From: Prasinococcaceae sp. CCMP 1430
Lineage: Eukaryota > Plantae > Prasinodermophyta
DNA: 64,000 nt
Direction: 5' to 3'
NCBI GenBank assembly: GCA_013416795.1
Contig: RQSC01000026.1
Span: 269 to 64,268 of the forward strand
In this document: one piece after another, positions 1-14,817 of the stretch
Layout: every line of letters starts with the position of its first letter
Numbering within the stretch: position 1 is the stretch's first letter
Translations under genes and position numbers: made by a program
Notes under the pieces: model-generated
What the model was told of the DNA's origin: nothing
Seen by the model: only the letters and a program-made list of their open reading frames with translations
Databases searched by the model: none

Positions 1-1100
<1,100 letters not shown>

Positions 1101-1153
1101 CGGTGCCGCAGGGTGTCCGAGTTCGAGCGCGATGCGCGCCACCGCTTGGTGCT

Positions 1154-3975
1154 TTACCCGTCCGTTTTCTGGCGCTTGCTCGCGCGCATGCGCTCGAGCG
1201 CGCCCATGGCAGAGCCGCCGGCGCCCACGCCGACCGCGCGCGGCTGCAGGCCGCCAAACACGGCGGCTGGCACCGGCAGCTGCTTCGGCGCTTCGGCCTC
1301 CTCCGCGCCGAGATCGCCGTCGAGGTCGATCTCCTCGTCGTTGGCCGCGGGGGCTGCGGCAGCGCCGCCGCCGCCTCCCCCTTCCATCGCCTCCATGGCG
1401 TCCAGGTCGATCTCCTCGGCGTTGGCGGGCGCTCCGGCGGCGCCGGCCTCCTCGGGCGGCTTCTGCTGTACCACGCCCGCACTGACGAAGCCGCTGAGGC
1501 TGGTCAGACCCGAACCAATGGCAGGCATCGCCGTGGCCGCCGCCGCGCGCGCGGCCTCGAGCGCCTGCATGGCGTCGCCGCCAGCAGCCTGCTGCTGCAT
1601 CCCCCCCTGCTGCTCCCCGTCCTGCTGCTGCTGTTGCTGCTGCTGCTCCTGCAGCTTCTTGGCGGCCGGGTTTGTCATGATCGCCGCCGCCGAGTAGGCC
1701 GTCGACACGGAGCGCTTGATCCTGAGCATCTCCTTGAAGGTCTCCTCGTTTCCGTGCTGCACCTCGAAGTCGTTCCAGTCCTTCCAGAAGTCGGCCCCGC
1801 CCTGCGGGTCGGCGACGGAAGCCGCAGACACGAAGATGGCGCGCGCGCGGTCGATCTCGCCCAGCGACTTCTCGAGCGCGGCGTACCTGCGGCACATGTG
1901 CCGCACGTCCGCCTGCGGCATGTCGCTCTCGATCGCATCCTCGTAGATTTCGCGAGTGCGCATGACGCCGTAGTATTCAGCGGCTCGCGCGATGTAGTGC
2001 TCGTAGACCGCGCGTTTGTCCTTGCCGGCCACCGCGCGCGTCGCGCGGCGGTAGACGCCCATGGCGTGCTTTGCAAGCCCGTGCTTCTCCTCGAGCGCGC
2101 CGTACTCCAGGAAGAGCGGCTTGGCCTCCTCCGGAGGCGCCACCCCCACCGCCTGCTCGAAAAGGTCGCGCGCCCGCTCCAGCTTGGTGCCGCCGTACCG
2201 GGCAACGAACTTTCGCAGGTAGGTGGCCCAGATCTCCTTGACCTGCGGGTACCGGAAGAGCGCCACGCCGCGCTCGTACAGCTTGAAGCTCTCCTCGAAG
2301 TACTTGTTTTCCTCCATGAAGGTGCAGAAGTTGAGAATGATCTGCGGCGTGGCGATGCGCAGGTCGAGCACGCGCTCGTACGCCTTGCGCACCGACGCGA
2401 ACGTGCCCAGAGACTCCTCGAGGTCGATGTAGAAGCCCCACAGCTTGAGGCTCTTGCGCACGGCCGTCTGCGGGAACGACGCTTTGGTCTCACCCTTGGC
2501 GAGCACAGGATCATCCATGACCGCCCCGCGGCAGAGCGCGAGCGCGCCCTTGTAGTTCTTCTGCCGCAACTCCAGCTCGGCGAACGCGCACCACACGCCC
2601 GCGAGCTCCTCGGCAGCCCTGAACTTGACTTGCGTGGCCTTCTTGAACACCACGCGCGCGTTGGCCACGTCGCCATGCGCCTCGTAGAACTTCGCGAACT
2701 CCTCCCACAGCGTGCCGAGCCTCCCGACGGCCTTCGCGGGGTCGATCGCGCGCACAGCCTCGGAGAACGTGCGCACCTGCCTGGCGCCGTCGCCGTCGAA
2801 GAGCTTGACCCGCTTGCGCCACTCGTTCACGTTGTGCGGGTTCTGGCGCAGGCGCACGCTCGAGAGCAGCTCGGGCCGCCTGTCCATGAGCATCTCCAGC
2901 CGCGCCATGTACAGGTCGAGGTCCACCTCCGCGCCGAAGTCATCCACGTTCCACTCGCCATCGTCCGCCCCGCCACCCTGCTGCGCCGCCTGGGCGCCTT
3001 CGTCCTCGGTCTGCGCCTCGAGCATGGCCGTGATCATCGACTCCTCGAACTGGGCGTACGCGTCGAAGACGAGCGAGAAGTCCGCCACGGTCATCACCTG
3101 GGACAGCGCCTCTTCGAACACATCGCGCGCGCGCTCGAACGCGGCCGAGCGGATGTAAAAGTCCGCGAGACCCGCCCACAGCCGCCCCACGCCCGTCTTG
3201 TGCGTGGTGATGCCGCTGCGCAGTATCGCGTCGACGTTGAGCGCGTGCATCTGCTCGGGGTGCGTGGTCACCAGCTCGCAGAGCTCCATCCAGAGCTCGT
3301 GCCGCGACTTGCCGCGCACCGACTGGAAGCCTTCGGCGTCCAGGCAGCCCGCGATCTGCACGGCCGCATCGCCGAACCGCCCCCGCGCCGCGAGAAGCGC
3401 GGCGTAGTCCTCCTTGGCCGCCGGGTCGAAGCGCACGTAGCGGCGGTACACGCGGAGGGCGGTGTCGGTGGGCACGAAGTCCTGCGTGACGAAGCGCACG
3501 TACACGTCCCAGACGCGCTCGTGCTGCGTGGGCGGGAGCGACGCGAGCGCTCGGTCGAGCACGCGCCGCGTCTTGGTGATGCGGCGCTGCGACGCCAGGT
3601 ACTGCGCGTAGTGCAGCCAGATCCGCGGCATCTTGTGCAGGGTGACGAGCGCCCGCTCGAAGGCGCCGATGAGCGCGTCGTGAGCGTCGTCGTCGGGGCG
3701 CAGCGCGCGGTTGTGCCGGACGCGCTCCAGGAGGTACGCGTTCCATAGCTTGTACGAGCCCGGCAGAGCGCGCAGTGCGCGTTCGTACAGCACGCAGCGC
3801 TTGGCGAGCGGCGCGTCCGCGCGCGCGTCCAGGTAGCGCAGCCACGCGCGCACCGAGTACGGGTCGCGCAGCAGGTCCTGCTCGAACACCAGGTCGCGCT
3901 CGTCGGGGAGCAGCGCCGCCAGCGCCGCCGCGCCGCCCGCCGCCGCCGGACCGGGTGGCCGCGGCGCGAGGGCGC
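1154..3975 (-). CDS. SYF1: Pre-mRNA splicing factor SYF1/XAB2 (HAT/TPR repeats); true start not resolved, possible upstream intron with acceptor near 4000
   Basis: 911-aa ORF with hallmark segments FEQDLLRDPYSVRAWLRY, LPGSYKLW, ALVTLHKMPRIW, LLRQNPHNVNEW, YIDLEESLGT, HGNEETFKEMLRIKRSV. The frame stays open upstream of the GTG at 3889 (...LAALLPDERDLVFEQ). Confidence 0.96.
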
Positions 3976-4436
3976 CCTCGCCGACCGCCGACGCCGCTGC
4001 GGCAGGCGCGGGAAGGGGACCCTTCCGCCCACAAAAAGAGGGCGGAGGAGGTGCCCAGGGGAGCGCGCGGCGGCGGCGATCGATCCCGCGCCGAGGCGGT
4101 CCGAGCGCGCGCGCGCCGCTTCTCGCCGACCCGCCCCGCCCCGCCCCTCCTCTTCCCCTCCCCGCCCCTCCCCCAGCCGCACCGCCTCGAGGGGGAGGCG
4201 AGGCCGCCGCGCGCCGCCGCGCGCGCGCGCTGTGGCGCGCGCAACCTCAAAAAAAGAAAAAAAAGCGGCGGCGGCGTCGCTCTCTTACGTACGTGCGTTT
4301 TTTTTTCCCCCCCCCCCCCCCCCCGGCCGAAAATTACGGAACTCGAAATTTCGCATGCGCGGTCAAAACGCGGACCTCCGCGGAGGCTTCGGAGGACGAA
4401 AAAGCGCTGAATGAAATTGAAATTGAAAATGAAAGT

Positions 4437-4475
4437 AAAAATCAAAAATCAAAATCAAAATCAAAATCAAAATCA
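4437..4475. repeat. (AAAATC)n short tandem repeat in the AT-rich SYF1/eIF5 divergent intergenic region
   Basis: About six AAAATC units directly visible, with nearby poly-A, poly-T and poly-C tracts at 4250-4325. Confidence 0.85.
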
Positions 4476-4844
4476 GACGCGGCCGCGTGGCCGGAACGGC
4501 GGATTGCATTTCGTATGGTCTTTGAGTCACAATCCGCGATAATATACATAGGAATGCATTGCTGTCGCGGCGGGAGGTGCGTTTTCGGCGCCCGGGCGGC
4601 CGCGGCGGCGGCTGCCGGTGCTGCTGCGGCGCGCTCCGCGCGCGCCGCCGCAGAGGTCGCGTAGGGTTCGGCTGCCGGTGCATGGGCGCGGCGCGGGCAA
4701 GCGGGAGGACGGCGGGCGTAGCGGCGAGGAGCACCGCGCGGCGGCGGTAGCGCCGCGCAAGGCGCCGTCGGCGGCGCAGGAAAGGAAGAGTCGAGCGATC
4801 CACGCGACCGCACACGTGGCACAGCGCGCGCGCGCGCGCACGCC

Positions 4845-6212
4845 ATGTCGGGCATCGTCAACATCGGCGAGGCCAATGCGGGCGACCAGTTCTACCGCTA
4901 CAAGATGCCGAAGCTGATCTCCAAGGTCGAAGGCCGAGGCAACGGCATCAAGACGTGCATTCCCAACATGGTCGACATCGCCAAGGCGCTGGCGCGCCCG
5001 GCGTCGTATACCACCAAGTATTTTGGCTGCGAGCTGGGCGCCCAGACGACCTTCAACGAGGACTCGGGCCGCGCCATCGTGAACGGGGCGCACACCGCGC
5101 AGGTGCTGTCCGGCCTGCTCGAGGGCTTCATCAACCGCTTCGTGCAGTGCGGCTCGTGCAAGAACCCGGAGACGGTGATGAGCGTGAAGAAGGGGATGAT
5201 CAGGATGGACTGCAAGGCGTGCGGCGCGCGCACCGATGTGGACATGCGCCACAAGCTGTGCACCTTCATCCTCAAGAACCCGCCCGCCAAGCCCGAGAAG
5301 AAGGACAAGAAGGACAAGAAGGACAAGGACAAGAAGCTCAAGAAGTCCAAGTCCAAGAAGAGCAAGGACGGCGACAATGACGGCGACGACGAGGAGCTGG
5401 TCGCCAAGGCCAAGGAGGCCGACGAGTTCCGCTCCGGCATCGGCATGTACGACGAAAACGCCGACGCCAACGACTATGCCCCGGAGCCCGTCGGCGGCGA
5501 CGACGACGAGGAGGAGGTCGTGTGGGCCACCGACACCTCTGCAGCAGCGCAGGCCGCGCGCGCCGCCGACCAGCTCACGGACGCCGCCGCGGAGCTCGTG
5601 TCGGAAGACAAGGAGGCCAAGGCCAAGGCCGCCGAGGAGGAGAAGGCCAAGGCCAAGGCTGAGAAAAAGGCCGCCAAGGCTGCCGCCAAGGCCGCCGCCG
5701 CCGCTGCCGCCGAGGAGGAGGAGGGCGAGGACGACGACGAGGAACCTCAGATCGTCGTGGAGGCGCGCGCGTTCGCTGAGGATCACAGTGCGTCCGAGTT
5801 CGCCTCGCACATGGAGGCTCTGAAGCTCCCCTCGGAGCAGGAGAAGCTCGGGGTGGCGTTCCTGGCGCTGTTTGGTGCCGACCCTGCTGCCATCAAGAAG
5901 GAGCTCCCCCGCAAGAAGAAGTACTTGAAGAAGCTTTGTGCCAAGTCGCCCGAGAGCCAGAAGCTCCTGCTCGGCTGCATTGAGCATTTCTGCTGCGAGG
6001 TTGAGCCCGAGCTCATTCCGGCAATCGCCGTCATCCTCAAGTTCTGCTACGACGAGGACATCGTCGAGGAGGAGGTCATCATTGAGTGGCACGCGGCCGG
6101 CTACAAGGCCAACCGTGCTCTCGGCATCGCCAAGGAGGATGGCAAGGCCATCCGCAAGGCTGCGGACGCGCTCGTCGAGTGGCTGCAGGAGGCCGAGGAG
6201 GACTCTGACTGA
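4845..6212 (+). CDS. EIF5: Eukaryotic translation initiation factor 5, intronless
   Basis: [24 protein letters not shown], Zn-ribbon CGSCKNPET...CKACG, and C-terminal W2 domain ([26 protein letters not shown]). Confidence 0.98.
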   Translation: MSGIVNIGEANAGDQFYRYKMPKLISKVEGRGNGIKTCIPNMVDIAKALARPASYTTKYFGCELGAQTTFNEDSGRAIVNGAHTAQVLSGLLEGFINRFVQCGSCKNPETVMSVKKGMIRMDCKACGARTDVDMRHKLCTFILKNPPAKPEKKDKKDKKDKDKKLKKSKSKKSKDGDNDGDDEELVAKAKEADEFRSGIGMYDENADANDYAPEPVGGDDDEEEVVWATDTSAAAQAARAADQLTDAAAELVSEDKEAKAKAAEEEKAKAKAEKKAAKAAAKAAAAAAAEEEEGEDDDEEPQIVVEARAFAEDHSASEFASHMEALKLPSEQEKLGVAFLALFGADPAAIKKELPRKKKYLKKLCAKSPESQKLLLGCIEHFCCEVEPELIPAIAVILKFCYDEDIVEEEVIIEWHAAGYKANRALGIAKEDGKAIRKAADALVEWLQEAEEDSD

Positions 6213-6565
6213 GCGACGGCACCGCGAAGGCCTGGGCGCCTCGAGCGCCTGTCGAGCCGTGCTTTTGTGTGCGCCGGCGAGCGACGGCACGTCGTCACCG
6301 GTGGCGGGAAAGCTGCTGCTGCGGCATAATCGTAAGGCAGTTCCTTCCCCGACGACACGTACGCACACCCATGAGCGCACTACTACGCCGCGTGCCGCGC
6401 GGCCGCGCTGCTCGATGTGGCGCGTTGCACCGCGACACAAAATTGGTTCTGTACATGGGGGCGCGCCGGTCCGAGAGCTGCGCCGCCGCGTGCGCTGTGT
6501 GGGCGCGAGAGGGCGGTGATCGTGAGCGCGGAGCGCTTCGGGGACGCGATGGCGCGCGGAGCCGC

Positions 6566-7024
6566 TCATTGCTTCGTGGCCTTGGTGGGCTCGGCGGAGG
6601 CCAGCGAGCGGAAGTCATCGGCGCACTCCGCATACGCCGAGCCGACGCCGCATCCCGCGCCGAACGCCATCGCAGCGACGCGGCCCGTCGTCGAGCCTGC
6701 AGGGCGCATGAGCGCCAGCAGCGCGCGGGCGAAACGCGCCAGGCAACGAGCGAGTCAGCGCCCGGCCGCAGCGGCGGTGTGGGTGTGGGCTGGTTAGGGA
6801 GAAGGTGGGAGGGGATGCTGGAGGACGGACGTAGGGATGCCGATCTCAGGCAGGCACTCGCTGGGAGGGCGGACGGAGTGGCGCAAGGAGGTGGCACGCT
6901 TGCGCGGACCGGCAGAGGGATGGGGGGCACCGCGCGAAACGCACCCGAGAAGACGGCACCTGCGGCCGCGCCCGAGAGGCCGCCGTAGAAGAGGCGGCGC
7001 ATGGTGATGTCGATGGCCTTGTCC
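6566..7024 (-). CDS. MIC10: MICOS subunit MIC10 (not in the ORF track); exons 7024-6945 and 6696-6566; first exon not found
   Basis: The spliced product (W)DKAIDITMRRLFYGGLSGAAAGAVFSGSTTGRVAAMAFGAGCGVGSAYAECADDFRSL matches the plant-type MIC10 pattern (WD-x-x-I-D..RR.....G.......F..R.....FGAG.G.GSAY). The intron has a GTGCGT donor, GCTGAC branch point and CTGCAG acceptor. Confidence 0.85.
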
Positions 7025-7182
7025 CTGCGCGTGCGGGACGCAGGCGCCGACAACGGGGCGCGCGGGTCAGCGCGCGCTCCCCTGCCGCGCCGCGGATGTG
7101 TGTGTGTCGAAGGGGGGGGAAGGGGGGAAGCGGGAGAGAGGGTTGGGGGGAGTCAGCGCGTGCGTATGCGCGTGTTCATACT

Positions 7183-7320
7183 CCCCGTATTTTTTAGCCA
7201 CAACCTTGAAAATACCCCGTATTTTCCCCCGTATTTTTTCCCGTACTTTTTGCCCTACTTTGGCCCCCCTTGAAAATACTCCGTATTTTGCAGTATTTTT
7301 CAATTTGAGAAAATACTTTG
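7183..7320. repeat. AT-rich cluster of CCGTATTTT-like direct repeats and AAAATAC inverted copies
   Basis: About seven CC(G)TA(T/C)TTT copies; TTGAAAATAC twice; palindromes AAAATAC-ccc-GTATTTT and AAAATAC-tcc-GTATTTT. Confidence 0.8.
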
Positions 7321-7621
7321 ACAGCCGTACAGACCAACACGGCCTAGGAAGACCGGGCTCACACCTAGTCAGCCTCCGGGCTTGTCTGTCATCTGGCGGC
7401 AGATGACCCGCAAAGAGAAGTGGCATGAGCTTATGCAGGATGCCCAACCCCAGGCTGTGGGGCCCACCAAGCGTGTGACTACACATGGTAAACATAGTGG
7501 GTCAGGCTGTGGTGCCCCCACCCGGCCTTCCACTCGCGGATAGCTAGACTCATCCCACCCCCATCCCCACCCCCGCCGCCACCGCCCCTCGCCCTCGCCC
7601 CACTGCCGCAGCACCTGCTCC

Positions 7622-7622
7622 T

Positions 7623-7658
<36 letters not shown>
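7622..7658. repeat. (CAG)n microsatellite followed by T tracts
   Basis: About 12 CAG units directly visible. Confidence 0.9.
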
Positions 7659-7995
7659 CTGCTTTTTTCTTTTTTCTTTTTGCGTCCTTTTTTGCGCGTC
7701 GTCTCGTCAAAAGGCTCGCGTTTGCACGCTCTCCGCATATATGCACATGCATTGCGACGGCAGACGCGATTGATCGGGAGGAGCCAGCGGTTGATTCGGG
7801 GGCGGAGGTGGGTCTGTCCGGTCGAATGCCCGGGTGTTCCTGCCCGACCCTGGTCTCGCCCGCCTTTCGAACGCGCGGGGGAATTTTTGCGCGCGCGTTC
7901 CCGCCTGGGGCGGGCGGGCGGGGAGATGGGGGGCGGCGGGGCGGCACTGCGCGCGCGCGGCAGGGGTTGGTGAGGCGCCGCGGCGCACGGCAGCG

Positions 7996-8731
7996 ATGGC
8001 GGACGCCGACGGCGAGCTCCCGCGCGCCAACGTGCGCAAGCTCGTCAAGGCGCGGCTCGCGGAGCTCGGCGCCGACGGCGACGGGCGCGACGTGCAGATC
8101 AACAAGGACGCGCTGGCGGCGTTCTCCGAGGCGGCGAAGATCTTCATCCACTACCTCACGTCGACGGCGAGCGACATGTGCCAGGAAACAAAGCGCTCGA
8201 CGATCATCGCCGACGATGTGCTCAAGGCGATCGGCGAGCTGGACTTCGGCGATCTTGCGCCGCCACTCGAGGCGGCTCTGGAGAGTGCGTCCGGTGCGCC
8301 TTTGCACGTGTGCTGCCGCTGGCGCGCGGTACCGCGCATCCTCCTCCCCTGGCCACCGCCGTCGTTCCTCGCTGCCGTCGCCATCGCATCGCGCGAGAGA
8401 GATGTAGCTACAGCTGCGCGCTTGTGACAAGTGCTGACACGCGTCCGTGCGCGCGATCGTAGCCTTCCGCACGCAGATGGCCGAGAGGAACAAGAAGAAG
8501 GCGGAAAGCATGAAGGCGACCAAGAAGCGGAAGGCGGAGGAAGCGGCGGCAGCGGCGGCGGAGCAGGAGGCGGGGGTGCAGGTGGCGGCAGCGGCGGAGC
8601 AGGGAGAAGCTGGGGGCGATGCAGCCGGCACGGTCGCACAGGAGGCGGCGATGCCCGCCGCGGAGCCCGAAACTGAGACGGATGCCGAGCCAGTCCAGGC
8701 CGCCGCCGAGCCTGCGCCGATGGAGACGTAG
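7996..8731 (+). CDS. POLE3: DNA polymerase epsilon subunit 3 / DPB4 / CHRAC17-type histone-fold protein; exons 7996-8284 and 8463-8731
   Basis: LPRANVRKLVK...KDALAAFSEAAKIFIHYLTSTASDMCQETKRSTIIADDVLKAIGELDF. The GTGCGT..GCTGAC..TAG intron restores the frame (E-T-F-R-T-Q); the tail is basic then acidic. Confidence 0.92.
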
Positions 8732-9004
8732 GCGCGCGCCGCGCTGCGCTGCGCTCTAATGGTGCCTTTGTCCCCGGGCGCAGCGAGCCCCCGCGTGCGC
8801 GAGCGCGTGTGCGCCTCGTGCCGTGCGCGCGTGCACTTGTCGCCTCGCGCCGCCGCCGGGCCAAGGGCGGCTGGGGAGGGAGCGTGTGTATTTGGTGTTA
8901 TTACAGTGGCGAGCTGTCCCCTGCCGGAGACGCGCGCACGGCGCGCGGCCCCACGGCGCGCGGTCGCATCCGTCGTCGCCGCCAGCAGGCGGGCCCGCGG
9001 CTTC

Positions 9005-9250
9005 CTAACTGATGCGCTCCAGCGCCTCCATGAGCACCACCGAGTTGCCGCGGATGACAACCATGCCAATCTCGTGGCGCTCCGCCGCGGAGATCTCCTC
9101 GACGGCGTTGTCGAGCACGAGGTTCATGAACGCGTCGAAGCCGCGCAGCACCCCAGTGACGTGACGGTTGGCGTTGAGCTTCACGCTGAGCTTCTTGTCC
9201 ATGTACTTCTTGAGGTCCGCCGCCACGCCCACCTTGCCCGTGCCCGACAT
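9005..9250 (-). CDS. SNRPG: Small nuclear ribonucleoprotein G (SmG)
   Basis: [36 protein letters not shown]...[12 protein letters not shown], i.e. Sm1/Sm2 motifs of plant-type SmG. Confidence 0.96.
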   Translation of the reverse strand: MSGTGKVGVAADLKKYMDKKLSVKLNANRHVTGVLRGFDAFMNLVLDNAVEEISAAERHEIGMVVIRGNSVVLMEALERIS

Positions 9251-9610
9251 GCTCCCCGCCGCCGCCCTCTCGCGCCTCCCGGCGGCGCCGCGCTCGGCCG
9301 CCGCCCGCCCGNNNNNNNNNNNNNNNNNNNNNNNNNNNNNNNNNNNNNNNNNNNNNNNNNNNNNNNNNNNNNNNNNNNNNNNNNNNNNNNNNNNNNNNNN
9401 NNNNNNNNNNNNNNNNNNNNNNNNNNNNNNNNNNNNNNNNNNNNNNNNNNNNNNNNNNNNNNNNNNNNNNNNNNNNNNNNNNNNNNNNNNNNNNNNNNNN
9501 NNNNNNNNNNNNNNNNNNNNNNNNNNNNNNNNNNNNNNNNNNNNNCACCCCCCTCCCGCATGTCCGCTCCCTCCTTGGCGCGCTCCCTGCCGCCGCCGCC
9601 GCCCGCGCAG

Positions 9611-10272
9611 GCCTGCGCTACGACGACCTCATCGACCCCGAGATGGACATGGTGCGCCCGCGCGCGCGCGCGGCGCCCAGGGGCGCTCGTGCTGGCGCGG
9701 CGCGCTCGTGGCGCCGTTTAGGGTTGGCGATGCGCCAGAGGGGGCGCGCCGGGGGCGCATTGGTGGGGGGGAGGAGCAGGGTCGGCGCGGGGGGGCGCCC
9801 GCGCGCGCACCTCCGGCGTGTGGAGGAGGGGACCTGGACGATGCCAACGGCAGCCCTGTCTCAAGGCGGCGCCCCGTGCTTCGCTGGCGCCCGCCCCGAG
9901 CGCCCCCGGAACGAAAATGATTGCGCAACGCGCCGCCGCCGCGGCACAGTGGAGGAGGAAGCGCCTTGCAGTGCGGCGCGACTGACCTCGCCATCCCCCA
10001 ACCCCTACCGCGCCACGCGCCGCGCCGCACCGCGCCAGGACGCGCGCGAGGCGATGCGCCGCCTCGGCCCCGAGATCGAGATCGAGCGCAACCAGCGCAT
10101 CAAGCGCGCGTTGGACCTGTCGATGAAGCACGTTGACCTCGACCCCGAGCTCCAGAAGCTGCAGACGCCGTTCGCATCGTACATGGAGAAGATGCTCGAC
10201 CAGGTCAAGGACGAGTACGCTGAGCGCGAGGCGCTCGGGACGTCCAAACCGTACAACCGCCAGCTTCCGTAA
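9611..10272 (+). CDS. QCR7: Cytochrome b-c1 complex subunit 7; exons 9611-9651 and 10039-10272; 5' exon(s) in or next to the N gap
   Basis: Spliced GLRYDDLIDPEMDM|DAREAMRRLGPEIEIERNQRIKRALDLSMKH...LQTPF...AEREALG matches plant QCR7; canonical splice signals. Confidence 0.92.
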
Positions 10273-10284
10273 GCGACGGAGAGC

Positions 10285-11798
10285 CTATTTTTTGTTTACC
10301 TTATTCCACAGCGCCGCCCGGCGCTGAACCTGGTCGGCCTGGCTGCCATTGGGGGAGTTGGGCTCCTCGAGGAGCTCCTTGGCTTCGTAGCTGTTGATCA
10401 CATAGCGTTCGGGGACTGACAGCTTGCAATTGTCGAGGGGGACCTGGCCCGTGCGGCAGGCGAGGTCATGCTCGAGCGCGGCGATGCGCAGCTCCTTCGC
10501 CGCCAGCTCCTTCTCGGAGCGCGAGTACAGCTCTGCGTCGCGCGCAGCCTGCTTGCACGCGCTGGCCAATTCGGCACTCTTGCGCTCCTCGGCGGCCTTG
10601 GCGCGCTCAAGGGCGGCGTCGGCTTCGGCCCGCTCGTTGGTGAGCCCCGCGACCTGGTCCCTGAGGGCGTCGGCCGTGGCTTGCAGCTCGTTCGTGGCGG
10701 ACTCGGCGTCCTGCGCGGCCTGCTTGGCGACCTTAAGTTCGTCTACCACGCCGGCGAGCTTGAGATCTGTGGCGGAGCTCTCGTCGCGTGCAGCGGCGAG
10801 CGCCGCCTCCAGCTCCCTCAGGCGCCCGGCCGCGGCATCGCCCGCGGCAGTCGCCGCGCGCAGCTCGTCCTCCGTGGCCTCGAGGGCGTCGCCCTGCGCG
10901 CGCATCGATGCGCCGAGGCTCACGAGCTGGCGCTCGAGCGCCAGCACCTTCGCATGCGCCTCGTACTCCATCGCGCCATACATGTCCTCCGCTTTCGCGC
11001 GGAGGTTCTCGACGGCGGCCAGCTCGTTGCGCGCCGCTTCGGCCGCGAGCTGCGCCTGGTCGGCGCGCGCCGTCTCCTCCTCGAGGCGCTCCCAGCGCTT
11101 GGTCGCGTCGCTCTCGTTCGCCGCCAGTTGGTTCGTCGCCGCCCTGAGCTCCTTCTCCACTGCCGACAGGGCCTCTTTCGAGGCGGCGGCGCGCTGGTCG
11201 GCCTCCTCGACCGACTGGCCGAGTCGGGCGTTGCTGGCCTCGAGCGTCCTGTTGGCCGCCTCCAGACCGGCCTCGAGCACGCGCACGTCTGCGAGCTCTG
11301 ACTCGACAGACTGGAGCTGGTCCCTGGCGTCCGCCAGCTCGGTCTTGAGTTTGGCGGCGTCCGCCTCGATCACTTTGAGCCTGGCGACGTCCGACCCGAG
11401 CTCCGCCGCGCGCGCCTCGGCGGACTTGATGGCGTCGGTGGCGCGCTCGAGGGCGGCCTCGACCTCCGGGAGCCGGGCGGCGTCCGCGGCGAACTTGGCG
11501 AGCCGGGCGGCGTCCGCCTCGAGCTCTCTCACGCGCGCCTCGGCGGTGGCATTCACGTTGGACGCGCGCTCCAGGGCGGCCGCCGTCTCGCTCAGCTGCG
11601 ACCCGATCGTCGTGAGGTTGTGCCTCTTCTCGGCCAGCTCCGTCTCGAGCGCCGCGGCTTGCGCCTCGGCCGCCTCGCGCGCTCGGGCCTCGACCCCCGC
11701 GCCGTCCGTCGCCGCCGTGAGCTGCGTCTGCAGCTCTCCCATTCGCGCGCGCAGGCCGCCGTTCGCGCGCAGCTGCACCGCAGCGACGGCCGCCGCCG
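10285..11798 (-). CDS. Long Ala/Glu-rich coiled-coil protein; 5' end lost in the gap
   Basis: More than 500 codons open with strong GC3 bias and heptad-like A/E/L/R composition; no family motif recognised. Confidence 0.75.
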
Positions 11799-12705
11799 NN
11801 NNNNNNNNNNNNNNNNNNNNNNNNNNNNNNNNNNNNNNNNNNNNNNNNNNNNNNNNNNNNNNNNNNNNNNNNNNNNNNNNNNNNNNNNNNNNNNNNNNNN
11901 NNNNNNNNNNNNNNNNNNNNNNNNNNNNNNNNNNNNNNNNNNNNNNNNNNNNNNNNNNNNNNNNNNNNNNNNNNNNNNNNNNNNNNNNNNNNNNNNNNNN
12001 NNNNNNNNNNNNNNNNNNNNNNNNNNNNNNNNNNNNNNNNNNNNNNNNNNNNNNNNNNNNNNNNNNNNNNNNNNNNNNNNNNNNNNNNNNNNNNNNNNNN
12101 NNNNNNNNNNNNNNNNNNNNNNNNNNNNNNNNNNNNNNNNNNNNNNNNNNNNNNNNNNNNNNNNNNNNNNNNNNNNNNNNNNNNNNNNNNNNNNNNNNNN
12201 NNNNNNNNNNNNNNNNNNNNNNNNNNNNNNNNNNNNNNNNNNNNNNNNNNNNNNNNNNNNNNNNNNNNNNNNNNNNNNNNNNNNNNNNNNNNNNNNNNNN
12301 NNNNNNNNNNNNNNNNNNNNNNNNNNNNNNNNNNNNNNNNNNNNNNNNNNNNNNNNNNNNNNNNNNNNNNNNNNNNNNNNNNNNNNNNNNNNNNNNNNNN
12401 NNNNNNNNNNNNNNNNNNNNNNNNNNNNNNNNNNNNNNNNNNNNNNNNNNNNNNNNNNNNNNNNNNNNNNNNNNNNNNNNNNNNNNNNNNNNNNNNNNNN
12501 NNNNNNNNNNNNNNNNNNNNNNNNNNNNNNNNNNNNNNNNNNNNNNNNNNNNNNNNNNNNNNNNNNNNNNNNNNNNNNNNNNNNNNNNNNNNNNNNNNNN
12601 NNNNNNNNNNNNNNNNNNNNNNNNNNNNNNNNNNNNNNNNNNNNNNNNNNNNNNNNNNNNNNNNNNNNNNNNNNNNNNNNNNNNNNNNNNNNNNNNNNNN
12701 NNNNN

Positions 12706-14000
<1,295 letters not shown>

Positions 14001-14114
14001 TACGCGCCCCCCACCCGCTGCGGCGTCGCGGTCCCACACACGCCCGGCACACACGCGCGCGCGCATGTTTTGGCACATCCCAAATCCCTCCCGTAAAGTC
14101 CTCCTTATTTGGGG

Positions 14115-14123
14115 TTAGGGTTT
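14115..14123. promoter_or_regulatory. Telo-box-like motif (TTAGGGTTT; AAACCCTAA on the minus strand)
   Basis: Exact single telomere-like unit about 700 bp upstream of the cyclin-like gene; function inferred from plant telo-boxes only. Confidence 0.35.
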
Positions 14124-14817
14124 ACTTTGAACGGCACGTGACATCACCCTTGATCTGTTCGGTGCGACCAACGCCTCGGGTTTTCCGGCCATCGCGCGGC
14201 GAAATCGCGACGACGGCGTCGAACGCGACGCGCGCCAAAAGTAACGGGATCGATCCGCGCGCGCGCGCGCGGCGCGCGCGCGGCGCGCGTGCGGTTTGAT
14301 GGGGGTCGCTGCCCGCACACGCGCGCGCGCGCGCGCTGTCAGGACTGGCGGGGCTCGCTCGCCTCCACCCTCACCCTCCCCCCGGGCCGGGCCCCGGCCC
14401 ATCGCATCCCTCCACCCCTGGGCCCTGCCGGCGACGCCACAGCGCGCGGGGGCGCTGGCTTGCAGGAGCTGTCACTGGCAGCAGCAGCAGGACTGGCAGC
14501 TGAGCCCCCGCGCCCCTCCCCCCTTCTCAAGCTCCGAGTCTCATCCCCGGGCGCTGCCACTGGCAGCGGTCGGGTGCCACGGCGCGCCTCGCAGCACGGG
14601 CGCAGGCGCTGTCAGGACTCGGGACCGACAAACCTCTCCTCCCGCTTCCCCTTCCCCCCCCTCTCGTCTTCTCATCCGCCCTCCCAGCCCGCACGTCGCT
14701 CGTGGCCGCCGTGGGCGCGCCCGCGGCCCCACCGCCCGCTGCGCCGTCAAGCGCACGGGGCGGGGCTTTCCGCATCCAGCCGCGTGCTGTCTCGCGCGCC
14801 GCCGTGCCGGTGGTGCC

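Noticed and set aside
7183-7320. CRISPR array or prokaryotic repeat system (also the 117-nt and 228-nt repeats)
   Set aside because: No regular repeat-spacer structure, no cas genes, eukaryotic context; the larger repeats are in-frame coding duplications.
1154-9250. Functional splicing cluster (SYF1 + SmG)
   Set aside because: Separated by three unrelated genes; expected by chance in a compact genome.
14106-14123. Chromosome end or interstitial telomere array
   Set aside because: Only one to two imperfect units, not an array.
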